Shown here: positions 1 to 11,909 of the stretch, one piece after another
Position numbering within the stretch: the stretch's first letter is position 1
Layout of the letters: every line of letters starts with the position of its first letter
Source of the DNA: Octopus sinensis
Lineage: Eukaryota
Direction: 5' to 3'
Length of the DNA stretch: 64,000 nt
Assembly: GCF_006345805.1 (NCBI RefSeq)
Contig: NC_043007.1
Coordinates: 8,680,001-8,744,000 of the forward strand
Made by a program: the position numbers and the translations under genes
Notes under the pieces: generated by a model
Told to the model about the DNA's origin: nothing
What the model saw: only the letters and a program-made list of their open reading frames with translations
Database searches by the model: none

Positions 1-3000
1 ATGGATGGATGGATGCATGCATGGATAGATGGATGGATGGATGGATAGATGGATGGATGGATGGATGGATGGATGCATGTATGCATGGATGGATGGATAG
101 ATGGGTGGATGGATGCATGGATGGATGGATGGATGGATAGATGGATGGATAAATGGATGGATGGATGGATGGATGAATGGATGGATGAACGGATAGATGG
201 ATGGATGCATGGATGGATGGATAGCTGGCTGGCCGGATGGATGGATTGATGGATGGATGGATGGATGGAAGGATGGATGGATGGTTGGATGCATGAATGG
301 ATGGATGGATTGATGGATGGATGGATGCATGGATGGATGGATGGATGGATGGATGGGTGGTTGGAAGCATGAATGGATGGATGGATAGATGGAAGGATGG
401 ATGGATAGATGGATGGATGGATAGATGGATGGATGGATGGTTGGGTGGATAGATGGATGGATGGATGGATAGAAGGATGGATGAAGGATGGATAGATGGA
501 TGGATGCATGGATGGATTGATAGATGGATGGATGGATGGATGAATACATGGATGGATGGATGGATGGATGGACGGATGGATGGATGGATGGAGGATGGAT
601 TGATGGATGGATGCATGGATGGATGGACGGATGGATGGATGGAGAGATGTATGGATGGATGGATGCATGGAAATATGGATGGATGGATGCATGGATAGAT
701 GGATATATGGAAGGATGGATACATGGAAGGATGGTTGGATGGATTGATGGTTGGACGCATGAAAGGATGGTTGGATGGATGCATGGATGGATGGATGGGT
801 AGATGGATGGATAGATGGATGGATGCATGGATGGATTGATAGATGGATGGATGGATGGATGAATACATGGATGGATGGATGGATGGATGGATGGACGGAT
901 GGATGGATGGATGATGGATGGATAGATGGATGGATGCATGGATGGATGGACGGATGGATGGATGGAGAGATGTATGGATGGATGGATGCATGGAAATATG
1001 GATGGATGGATGCATGGATAGATGGATATATGGAAGGATGGATACATGGAAGGATGGTTGGATGGATTGATGGTTGGACGCATGAAAGGATGGTTGGATG
1101 GATGCATGGATGGATAGATGTATGGATGGATAGATGGAAAGATGGATGGATGGATGGACGTATGGATAGAAGTGTGGATGCATTGATTGATGGATGGATG
1201 GATGGAAGGAGGGATAGTTGGATGGATGGATAGATGCATGGATAGATGGGTGGATGGATGGATACATGGATGGATGGATGGATGGATAGATGTATAGATG
1301 GATGGATGGATGCATGGATTGATGGATGGATGCAGGGATGGATGGATGGATGGAGGGACAAATGGATGGATGAATGGATGGGTAGATGGATGGAAGGATG
1401 GGTGAATGGATAGATGGATGGGTGGATGCATGGATGGAAGCATGGATTGATGGATAGGTGGATGGATGCATGGATTGATGGATGGCTGGATAGATGGATG
1501 GATGGATTGATTGATGAATGAATGGATGGATCGATGGATGGATAGATGGATGGATGGAAGGAAGGATGAATGGATGGATGGGTGGTTAGATGGATGGATG
1601 GATGGATGGATGGATGGATAGAAGGATGGATGGATGGATTGATTGATGAATGGATGGATGGATGGAAGGATAGATGGATGGATAGATGGATGGATAGATG
1701 GATGGATGAATGGATGGATGGATGGATGGATGGATAAATGGATGCATGGATGGATGCATGGATGTAGTGATGGATGGATGGGTGGCTTGATGAATGGATG
1801 GATAGATGGATGGATGTATGGATGGATGGATGGACAGATAGATGGATGGATGCATGTTTGGGAGCATGGATGGATGGATGGAGGATAGATGGATGGATGG
1901 ATACATGGAAGGATGGTTGGATGGATTGATGGATGGATGCATGTATGCATGGATGGATGGATAGATGGATGGATGGATGGACGTATGGATAGAAGTGTGG
2001 ATGCATTGATTGATGGATGGATGGATGGAAGGAGGGATAGTTGGATGGATGGATAGATGCATGGATAGATGGGTGGATGGATGGATACATGGATGGATGG
2101 ATGGATAGATGTATAGATGGATGGATGGATGCATGGATTGATGGATGGATGCAGGGATGGATGGATGGATGGAGGGACAAATGGATGGATGAATGGATGG
2201 GTAGATGGATGGAAGGATGGGTGAATGGATAGATGGATGGGTGGATGCATGGATGGATGCATGGATTGATGGATAGGTGGATGGATGCATGGATTGATGG
2301 ATGGCTGGATAGATGGATGGATGGATTGATTGATGAATGAATGGATGGATCGATGGATGGATAGATGGATGGATGGAAGGAAGGATGAATGGATGGATGG
2401 GTGGTTAGATGGATGGATGGATGGATGGATGGATAGAAGGATGGATGGATGGATGGATTGATTGATGAATGGATGGATGGATGGAAGGATAGATGGATGG
2501 ATAGATGGATGGATAGATGGATGGATGAATGGATGGATGGATGGATGGATGGATAAATGGATGCATGGATGGATGCATGGATGTAGTGATGGATGGATGG
2601 GTGGCTTGATGAATGGATGGATAGATGGATGGATGTATGGATGGATGGATGGACAGATAGATGGATGGATGCATGTTTGGGAGCATGGATGGATGGATGG
2701 ATGGATAGATGGATTGATGGATGGAGGGATAGATGGATAGATGCATCGAAGGATGGATGGTTAGATGGATTGATGGATGTATGGATGGATAGTTGGATGG
2801 ATGCATGGATGGATGCACGGATGGATGGATGGATGGATGCATGGATAGATGGATGGATGCATCGATAGATGGATGGATGGATTGATGGATGGATGGATGG
2901 ATGCATGGATGGATAGAAGGATGGATGGATTGATAGATGGATGGATGGAGGGATGGATGAAGGGATAGCGGATGGATGGATGGATAGATGGATGGATGTA

Positions 3001-3134
3001 TGTATGTATGGATGGATGGATGGATGGATAGAAGAAAAAAGGGGAAAAAAGGGGGAAGGGGGAAAAAAGAACGATCAATAGGGAAGGATAGATGGATGGA
3101 TGGATGGATGGATAGATGGATGGATGGATAGATA
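1..3134. repeat. Degenerate (GGAT)n/(GATA)n tetranucleotide satellite with higher-order duplications
   Basis: Continuous ATGG/ATAG repeats. Variant landmarks recur at 323-bp spacing (ggagagatgt at 641 and 964) and 819-bp spacing (gtagtga at 1764 and 2583). Confidence 0.97.
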
Positions 3135-3491
3135 AGTTTCTTTATTGGCCACACAGTGCTGCACACAGATGGGACAAGTTACAAGGTAGAGCTTTTCTTT
3201 TGGGGGAGAAGAAAAAAAATGGGTGGCGTAGTTTTTCGATCAAAAGGGATCGTAAGAGAGAAAAAAAACAAAAAAAACAAAAAAAGAAAGAAAAAAAGGA
3301 AAGGAAAAAAAAGAAAAATGAAAAAAGAAGAAAAAAGAGGAAAAAAGGGGGAGAGGAAAAAAAACGATCAATACGGATCGTGTATCACAGTGTCATAATG
3401 AATGGTGTAAAGGGGAAAGCAAGTAAGCTTTATCCGTGGGAAGAAAAGCCTACGAAAAAGACCACGGTAACCTTGGTCAATATTGTTATAT
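3135..3491 (-). mobile_element. 5'-truncated 3' UTR copy of a Tx1/L1-like LINE, stacked on the copy at 3496-4574
   Basis: Diverged direct repeat of 3496-3864. On the minus strand it ends AATAAAGAAACT directly before the (TATC/CATC)n array. Confidence 0.75.
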
Positions 3492-3495
3492 GATA

Positions 3496-4574
3496 AGTTT
3501 CTTTATTGGCCTCACAGGGCTGCACACAGATGGGACAAGTTACAAGGTAGAGCTTTTCTTTTGGGGGATGAAAAAACAAAAAAAGGGGGTGGCGTAGGTT
3601 TTCGATCAAGAGGGATCGTAAAAGGGAGGAAAAGAACAAAAAAAATTTAAAAAAAAGAAGAAAAGGAAAAGGAACAAAAGAAAAGAGAAATGAAAAAAGA
3701 AGAAAAAAGGGGAGAAAAAGGGGAAGAGGAAAAAAACGATCAATAGGGATCGTGTATCACAGTGTTATGATATATGGTGTAAAGGGGAAAACAAGTAAGG
3801 TTTATCCGTGGGAAGAAAAGCCTACGAAAAAGACCACGGTAACCTTGGTCAATATTGTTATATGTTACCACATTTGTTTGCAAGTGGGTAACCCTCTGTT
3901 TTCAATTTCTGGGTTCATAGGATCATGCTCAAGGTGGCTTCGTCATTCATACGTGCCATCCTTGCTACATTCACCCATCTTTTTTTAAAACATTCGCTAG
4001 ACAAAACTTGCCTCTCTACTCTCACTTTCCTTTTCAAGTGGTACTTGAAGAAGTTGATGAGAGATTGACCAGAGAGGAAAGTGTTTGTCTCCAATCCTTT
4101 TAGACGCGTCCACCAGATACATTCTTTCGCCATAGCCACAAGGATGATGAAAATAGCTCTTCCTTCCCGTTTGAAGGAAGGAGGCGTGACAATATTGACG
4201 ATAGACTCAGCTGATAAACCGACTCGTCCCACACGTGACAGCAGTTGTTCGACATAAGCCCACAGGTCGGAGATTGTTGGACACTGCACGAATGCGTGCA
4301 GAACGGTTTCGTCGCTCTGACCGCATCTCGGCCCCGTGTTTCTCGAGCCATGTCTGTAGAGCTTATACCGAACGGGTAGCGCTTCTCGGTAGCACTGCCA
4401 GGCCAGGGATCTCTGGAAGTTGTCCATGGGCCCTGGCCCGAAAGTCGTCCCGAACAGGCGGGTCAGGTACTCCTCGTCGACGTTCAGGTTCGCCCCGAGC
4501 TCGTCGTCGTACCTCCCCTCCACTAATCCCCTATAGAATGCTTTGGTTGTGATGAAGTCACTCAAGGTCGACCC
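3496..4574 (-). mobile_element. 5'-truncated Tx1/L1-like non-LTR retrotransposon (ORF2 C-terminus plus 3' UTR)
   Basis: ORF 3915-4565 carries the C-terminal zinc-knuckle motif (PRCGQSDETVLHAFVQC) and the downstream IWW-type motif typical of L1/Tx1 ORF2. A pyrimidine-rich 3' UTR follows, ending in AATAAA. Confidence 0.8.
3915..4565 (-). pseudogene. LINE ORF2 C-terminal fragment (zf-RVT-like domain)
   Basis: 216-aa open frame with a Cys/His zinc-knuckle motif. RT and endonuclease regions are absent because of 5' truncation. Confidence 0.8.
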
Positions 4575-4718
4575 AGGATTTTTTATAGGAGGCGCTCTTA
4601 AGTCGCACCCCCAACTTTAGGTGAAAATTTCAGGGAAAAAATACCTGAGTATATAGGCGCAGGAGTGGCTGTGTGGTAAGTAGCTTGCTAACCAACCACA
4701 TGGTTCCGGGTTCAGTCC
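4575..4718 (+). repeat. 144-bp copy of the MITE-end/SINE-head junction found at ~5546-5690
   Basis: Near-identical to 5546-5690 (a handful of differences), including the junction cctgagtatataggcgcagg. Confidence 0.9.
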
Positions 4719-5118
4719 ATGCATGCATGGATGGATGCATGGATGGATGGATGGATGGATAGATGGATGGATGGATAGACGGATGGATGCATTGATGGAT
4801 GGATTGATAGATGGATGGATGGATGGATGGATAGATGGATGGATGGATGGATGGATAGATGGATGGATGGATGGATGGATGGATGGATAGATGGATGGAT
4901 AGATAGATGGATGGATGGATAGATGGATGGATGGATGAATGGATGAATGGATGGATAGATGGATGGATGGATGGATGGATGGATGGATGGATGGATAGAT
5001 GGAGGGATGGATGGAGGGATGGATGGATGTGTGGATGGATGGATGGATGGATAGATGGATGGATGGATGGATGGATAGATGAATGGATGGATGGATGGAT
5101 GGATGGATGGATGGATAG
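4719..5118. repeat. (GGAT)n microsatellite
   Basis: Direct reading. Confidence 0.97.
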
Positions 5119-5626
5119 ATTTCTTCAGAAATTCTCCAGAATATAAAGAAGTTAATATTCTCTAATCTATTTAAAAAAAAAGTTATGTAATGATGGTATT
5201 GGAGCAGAAAAAAAGATACAGCTTGTCTCTGCAATGCCAAAATAATAATTCCCAAAATACAATGCTTCAAAGACTTTATATATAATTTTCCATCTAGTAT
5301 CAAATAATTGTTTAGCCATGCCAAAACAAAAGAATATGTAGGAATTTAAGACACAATGGTATTATTGTAAGGGGCATTTGGCTGCTATTTCTAACAGCTC
5401 TAGATCTGATGTATTATTCAACCGTCACTGGTGACATACATGAATGTGTATGAAGTTATGTTAAGACATGATGGTTTTTATGGATGGTTCAAATTTGGGG
5501 AAAAATGGCGGGGCGAAGGACGGAAGTCTTTCTGGAAAAATCTTAGGATTTTTTATAGGAGGTGCTTATAAGTCGCACCCCCAACTTTAGGTGAAAATTT
5601 CAGGGGAAAAAATACCTGAGTATATA

Positions 5627-5788
5627 GGCGCAGGTGTGGCTGTGTGGTAAGCAGCTTGCTAACCAACCACATGGTTCCGGGTTCAGTCCCACTGCGTGGC
5701 ATCTTGGGCAAGTGTCTTCTGCTATAGCCCCGGGCCGACCAATGCCTTGTGAGTGGATTTGGTAGACGGAAACTGAAAGAAGCCTGTC

Positions 5789-5833
<45 letters not shown>

Positions 5834-6058
5834 TAAGTGTGTGTGTATATGTTTGTGTGTCTGTGTTTGTCCCCCTAGCATTGCTTGACAACCGATGCTG
5901 GTGTGTTTACGTCCCCGTCACTTAGCGGTTCGGCATAAGAGACCGATAGAATAAGTACTGGGCTTACAAAGAATAAGTCCCGGGGTCGATTTGCTCGACT
6001 AAAGGCGGTGCTCCAGCATGGCCGCAGTCAAATGACTGAAACAAGTAAAAGAGTAAAA
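5627..6058 (+). mobile_element. Full-length tRNA-derived SINE (family A; CORE-like motif CTTGGGCAAG; internal (TA)n(TG)n; (GTAAAAGA)n tail), inserted in the end of a pogo-like MITE remnant
   Basis: A-box-like TGGCTGTGTGGTAAG and B-box-like GGTTCAGTCCC. 9-bp TSD gagtatata at 5618-5626 and 6059-6067. Removing the SINE restores the TIR-like end GAGTATATACGGTA. Confidence 0.9.
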
Positions 6059-6078
6059 GAGTATATACGGTATAACTT

Positions 6079-6109
<31 letters not shown>

Positions 6110-7199
6110 TAACAACAAAATCTTAGAAACATGTCTCATATATGCTGAAATTATATTTTACATTAAGAAAGAATAATTCTTATAAGTATTATTTGTCAGT
6201 TGTCAAAATAAACTGTAGTTTCTATATTAATTTATCACTTTGCAAATACGGAACTATAGCAGCTGAAAATTGGTGTATGACTATTCGCAAAGCATTGTGG
6301 GATTGTCGTTTGCATCATCAACAGCGGGAATTTCTACTTTGATTTCTCTTCAATCTGGAAATATTTGTCGTGTTTTTCACTGGAAATTGTTTGTAAGTTA
6401 TTGCTTTTATGAATATATTGACTAAAAATGGATTTTGATGTATAACATGTGTAAACAAACATAACTTAATGTCGATTTAATTTTCTGTATCTGTCATAAA
6501 CTTTATTTTACCGTTTTTTATGCCTTCTCGACTGCCATAAATTCCCAACTTGTCCTCTTTTCACCATTATGTATCTGCATGTGTGTGTGTAGTGTTTCCG
6601 TGAAGGTCTGTGTATGCGTGTACGTTTGTGCGTTGGGCGTCTATATACGTGCTCTTGTATGTATGTGTATGTGTGTTTGGGTGAGGTTTAGGGTTAGGGC
6701 TATATGGTTAGTTGTCTCTCTGACTCTCGTACACGATAACTTCAACATAGGTCCACCTTGTTCGTCTCGCGGCTGCTACTTGTCATTCACTTTGTTGCCT
6801 CCATCTCTGTACTTTACTCTTTTCTTTTCTAATAAGTCTTGTTCCTTTCGTGAAGTAGAAGACATCTCGTTTTATAAGTAACAAATATTCAATCATGCCA
6901 CATTCCCTAATACAATAGCAGAAATGTAACCAAGGAAGGCAACATGTAGTTATTCTACTGTTTACCATAGGATATAGCGACTTCCTGTTACACGTATTTG
7001 TAAAGATATTATGTTTACATTATGAAAAGGAATAGTGGTTACATGATAACATCCGTTGCGCATCATGCATATTTCTATACCGCATACAAATAGCTATGTT
7101 TAGTACATAGCGATACATGCATGCGCAGAGAAAGACGCATGTAGGAAAATAGATATAATGTGGGGATTTAAGAGTGTGTAGCGTCAGGAGCATTCATGT

Positions 7200-7390
7200 A
7201 CAGGAAATTGATGGGCTGTGTAGAAGATTATCCATTACGAACTGATTGAACAGAGCCAAACGGTCAACGTGGAACTCTATGTTCAACGGATGGAACAACA
7301 CAACACGGCTATTCAAGAGAAAAGACCTAATCGGCAGCATGGAGTTCCTTCTGCATCATGACAACGTCTTCCCTCATATCACCAAATTCA
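7200..7390 (+). mobile_element. Mariner transposase fragment
   Basis: Similar to 8215-8380 (tattcaagagaaaagacctaat..ggcagcatggagtt). Confidence 0.7.
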
Positions 7391-7468
7391 GATAGAGAGA
7401 GATTTTTTAAGGAGGTCTATCTATCTATCTATCTATCTATCTATATATATATATATTATATATATATA

Positions 7469-7500
<32 letters not shown>

Positions 7501-7522
7501 TTCTCTCACTGTCTCTGTTTCA

Positions 7523-7585
<63 letters not shown>

Positions 7586-7591
7586 ATTTAT

Positions 7592-7717
<126 letters not shown>

Positions 7718-7782
7718 ATATATATATAATATAATAATAATAATAAAGGGTGAAATTAATTAATCAATTTATAATTAATAAT

Positions 7783-8718
7783 CTCGTTCTGGCTATCCAG
7801 TTGAGTTCGAGGAAGAGTGATTAAACCGACTTTTGCACTAAAATCCTTGTCAAAAGGCAAGGGAACTAGCAGAGAAAATGGAATGCTCCCACACTGCTAT
7901 AGAGAAGCATCTTTATTCGATGGGAAAGGTGCAGATGTATGGAGGATGGGTTCCGAATGCTTTAAGTGACAACAACAAAAATCAATGAGCCACAATCTCT
8001 GCAGGTTTGCTTGCTCATCACCGCTCAACTCATGGACAAAAGCAACGATTTATTTACCGAATCATCACAGGCGACATAATATGGTGCCTGTACATCAAAA
8101 TGAAGCAGCGGAAAGGAATGGCTGAGCTCTGGTAAACAAGCGACACTGCACATGAAACAAGATCTCCATCTGCATAAAATGATGTTGTGCGTATGGTCAA
8201 ACTGGAAGGGGATTATACCTTACGAATTGCTTGAATGGAACCACATGGTCAATGCAGAATTCTATGTTCAAGAGATGGAACGACTCAACATGGCTATTCA
8301 AGAGAAAAGACCTAATTGGCAGCATGGAGTTCTTCTGCTGCACAGCATTGCCCACCCCACATATCGCCAATATGACCAAGGAAGCAATTCAAACGCATGA
8401 CTGGAAAGTACTGCCACATCCGCCGTACTCTCCTGATTTTGCACCAACGGATTTCTACCTCTTTCGATCTCTTTCAAATTCTATGCACAGAGTTTTGTTC
8501 AGTACTGATACAGAATTGAGAGCTTAGTTGGATCAATTTTTCGAGTCGAAATCGAGTGATTTCTACCAACGAGGTATTGAAAATCTTTTTGAACATTGGG
8601 AAGAAGTTGTAAAGAACAAAAGTGAATACATTATTGATTAATTAGTTGTTATTTTTTCATTAAACCTTTTAAACAATTTAAATAAAAAAGAACAGCGGGA
8701 ACTTAGTTGCCAACCCTA
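7783..8718 (+). mobile_element. Degenerate mariner (Tc1/mariner DD34D) transposon, 5' part lost
   Basis: Frameshifted transposase motifs: WVPN(AL), ITGD, and PHPPYSPDFAPTDFYLFRSL. A 3' TIR-like sequence cgggaacttagttgccaaccc lies at ~8696-8716. Confidence 0.9.
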
Positions 8719-8739
8719 TTTCTATATATATATATATAT

Positions 8740-9120
8740 CATCATCATCATCATCATCGTTTAACGTCCACTTTCCATGCTAGCATGGGTTGGACGGTTC
8801 AACTGGGGTCTGGGAAGCCAGAAGGCTGCATCAGGCCCTGTCTGATTTGGCAGTGTTTCTACAGCTGAATGCCCTTCCTAACGCCAACCACTCTGTGAGT
8901 GTAGTGGGTGCTTTTTACGTGCCACCGGCACAGGTGCCAGACGATGCTGGCAAACGGCCACGATCGGATGCTGATTTTTATGTGCCACCGGCACTGGTAT
9001 CACAGCTACAAATTTCATTGATGTTGATCGAATACGATTTTGATTTTCACTTGCCTCAACAGGTCTTCACAAGTGGAGCTTTGTGTCCGAAGAAGGAAAG
9101 GAATGCATAAGTGGGCTTAT
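8740..9120 (-). mobile_element. RTE-related retroposon 3' end with (GAT)n tail
   Basis: Minus strand ends ...ggaaagtggacgttaaacgatgatgatg, an RTE-type 3' terminus. No ORF is recognisable. Confidence 0.6.
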
Positions 9121-9130
9121 GTACACAGAT

Positions 9131-10988
9131 TGAAGCAATGAAAAAAAAGGTCCTCGGTATACCTGAAATGTGAAGGAAAATATTTGGATAATGAAACAAA
9201 TAATGTATGGCTAATTGAATGTAATGTAATAAATGATAATATATGAGTGTTCAGTTGTCATCCTCTATGCCCTCCCCAATTCCTTTGAAAGAAGCAAAGA
9301 AGACTGATAATAAGTATTAAATGATTAATGAAAATAATAATTAGTGCAAGAGACCCTTAATCAATATTGACGGTGTGACGATCAAGGAGCAACGTGTCAG
9401 TTGTGCATCAGGCTTTTAGTCTTTGTGAGTCTGGCAGAGCGACTAACAGGACAATTGCTGGATGGAGGATAAACTGCATCAGGCAAGGGTCGCTTTTGGA
9501 GGGCAGGGGTTTCAAGGGGTGTTGGGGTATGACCACTTGTGGTAAAGGTGGGGTGAGTTGGCGTGGCTCTGTGGGTAGGCGGCGAGATGCATTTCTGGTC
9601 ATGGTAATTTTGGAATCAGGAAGTGGGCATTGGTGTTGCAGCTGCATGAGGTGCTGTTAAAGTGGGTTGAGCAGGTAGTCTCATCACTGGTGTTGGCGTA
9701 GGGAACGCAGGTGGTCCAGACACCATGAGCAGTGGGCCATGGGGAAGAAGCAGTAGATACTTCCAGAGGAATTTTGTTGCACAGTGTGACTTGGCCTGAT
9801 CCATCCACACTCAACATGTACGGATTGAAATGGCGTACATCTAAATGGCACCAGTTTTCCCCCCATTTGTAGGATTGGGTCAAACTTGGCTCTGGATTAG
9901 GACATAGTTCGAAAGAAGTGAGCATGTGTGTTTTGACAACCGTTCAGTAGCACTCATGTTGTGTTTACGCAGGTCTTCTTTTCAATAAGTCATAGTTTAT
10001 TGCCGGGATGGATGTTAATAAAGTATTGTATAGGGCTGCCAAAGATGCACATGGCTGGGGACAAGTGTGTGTCCCAGTCAGGTGTATTTCTTTATTGTAG
10101 CATTGTGCACTGGAAACTGTCAGTGTTAAGGAAGCCATTGGTGTCAGTGTTGTCTGTAACGAGGCCCTTTATTGTCTCAATACCGACTTTGGTGCGGCAG
10201 TTGTCATTGGGAAATGCAATGGCGGTGATTCTCCCCAATTGTGGAAGAAGTACAATGTCAGCTCATAGCTGATAGGGCAGTGTTAAGTGCCTGTGAGCCA
10301 TTCGATGCTCCCTTAAGATGGTTTTCCAGACCTGTTAGGACATACCACCATTGTCTGTCACCAAGTGACAGATGTACCAATGGGGATAGGCTTGATAACT
10401 CCAAGTGGAACGTTCACCCTAACCCTAACCCTAACCCTTACTTCCTCTTGCCAATGAACCAGACTGGTATGGGCGTATGGTGGGCGACTGGTTTAGCTTT
10501 AAGCGGATTGGTTGGTCAGACATCTTGGAGAATTGCCGATGGTTGCAGACGTTGAATGTGCTGGAGCTGTAGTATTGTAGCAGCTACTTCCTCAGGCGAA
10601 AATGTTTTTCCTCAGTGGCTGAGAATGGTAGTGTTGTTGGAGGAGGGGGTTATATTTGTTGTAGGTGGCAGGTGCATACATTCTGTGTCATTGTTGCAGA
10701 TGATCGATGAGGCTTGTCAGTACTCTCTCCCATGGATTGTTTACAGGCCAACTCATGGCACAATCAGGTGCAGGACAGGGTACGTTGGTCATACTGACTC
10801 GCTTTCTGTCATAAATAAGTCTGACAACTGTTTGCTTTCACCAATATTTTACGCAGTCTGAAGCAATGAGTAAAGGGTCTTCAGTATACCTGAAATGTGA
10901 AGGGAAAGATGATGGATAATAAAATGAATAATATATGGCGAATTGAATGTAATGTAATAAATTGTAATATATGTGTGTTTAGTTGTAA
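9131..10988 (-). mobile_element. Internally deleted Ty3/Gypsy LTR retrotransposon with 130-bp LTRs (9131-9260 and 10859-10988)
   Basis: Two 130-bp diverged direct repeats, TG...CA and TG...AA. A PPT-like ggggagggcatagagga precedes the 3' LTR on the minus strand. Decayed pol motifs: AKPVAHHTPIP, LGVIKPIPIG..TW..MVV (RT start), [14 protein letters not shown]...SPAM.IFG and VDGSGQVTL (integrase). Confidence 0.8.
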
Positions 10989-11089
10989 TCCTGTAATCAG
11001 CATAGAGGAGTTCCTAGGGTCTGCCTGTTTTATATTCATCTGTTATTACCTGAATGATTATGATACCAACAAAAGTCAAGTAGATAGGT

Positions 11090-11245
11090 TTATACTTGGT
11101 TAGGTACTTCTCCTTGGGGTTTCTTACCAAAAATATATATTGACTGGTGTTTCTTCCTGATACAAAACCAAATTGCATCTCATCTAGATTAAGTCTTTTC
11201 CTAATTAGTTGGGCTATGATCCTCTCCGTGATTTTCATCATCTGA
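11090..11245 (-). mobile_element. RTE-clade RT fragment
   Basis: Translation KITERIIAQLIRKRLNLDEMQFGFVSGR...IFLVR matches the RT 'Q.GF..GR' region. Confidence 0.75.
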
Positions 11246-11892
11246 AAAAATTAGTGCCAGTGCAAGCACTTTATTTTTAAAGCACACATCAAGCATATGT
11301 TAACATATTAGCAATGAGAAAGTGCTCTAATCGATGTCTACCTATACACATACATATATGCAGGGTAGCCATGTACTTTCTCTACAGCAACACACCTCTG
11401 CCTGTCTCTCTATCATACTACAGGTGAGGATGAAGTCACCTCTCTCACTACTAGCAATCTACTCATCCTTGAAATTTACTTTTTAATTTTACTAGTGTCA
11501 GTGTTACCAAAACTTTTCTCAGACGTAGAAACCATGTGAAAACAGACATTAGATGTACGTGTAGTAATTCATTTCAGATAGTGTGAAATAGTCCAACCCA
11601 TGACAACATGAAAACCGAATGTTAAATGATGATGACACACATACACGTTAATTGTATTTCTTATATTAATTTCAATAATTAATTTGTTTATATTATAAAT
11701 AAAAACATCAATTTCATTTCGCATGAGAATGATTAGTTTGATGACTTGTGGAAGCAATGTACTGTGTAAATGTAAGGACAACCGTATTTATTAAACAAGT
11801 GTATTTCATGATTCGACACATAGATAAAACTTGACTTTCAAATGTTGGTTGATATTTTGCTTGTTGTTTGCATATCATGCCTTGTATTATAG

Positions 11893-11909
11893 ATCCCAAA
11901 TGGCCAAAG
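11893..11909 (+). other. Candidate 17-nt micro-exon of an unidentified host gene
   Basis: T-rich tract followed by TAG (AG at 11891-11892), ATCCCAAATGGCCAAAG, then the strong donor GTAAGT at 11910. No transcript evidence. Confidence 0.3.

Noticed and set aside
49-3166. Many ORFs encoding MDGW/HPSI repeats
   Set aside because: Translations of the (GGAT)n satellite, which lacks stops in several frames. No evidence of coding function.
6686-6699. ggtttagggttaggg telomere-like words (also degenerate ones at ~11975-12160)
   Set aside because: Only about two units, and such words are common in repeat-derived G-rich sequence.
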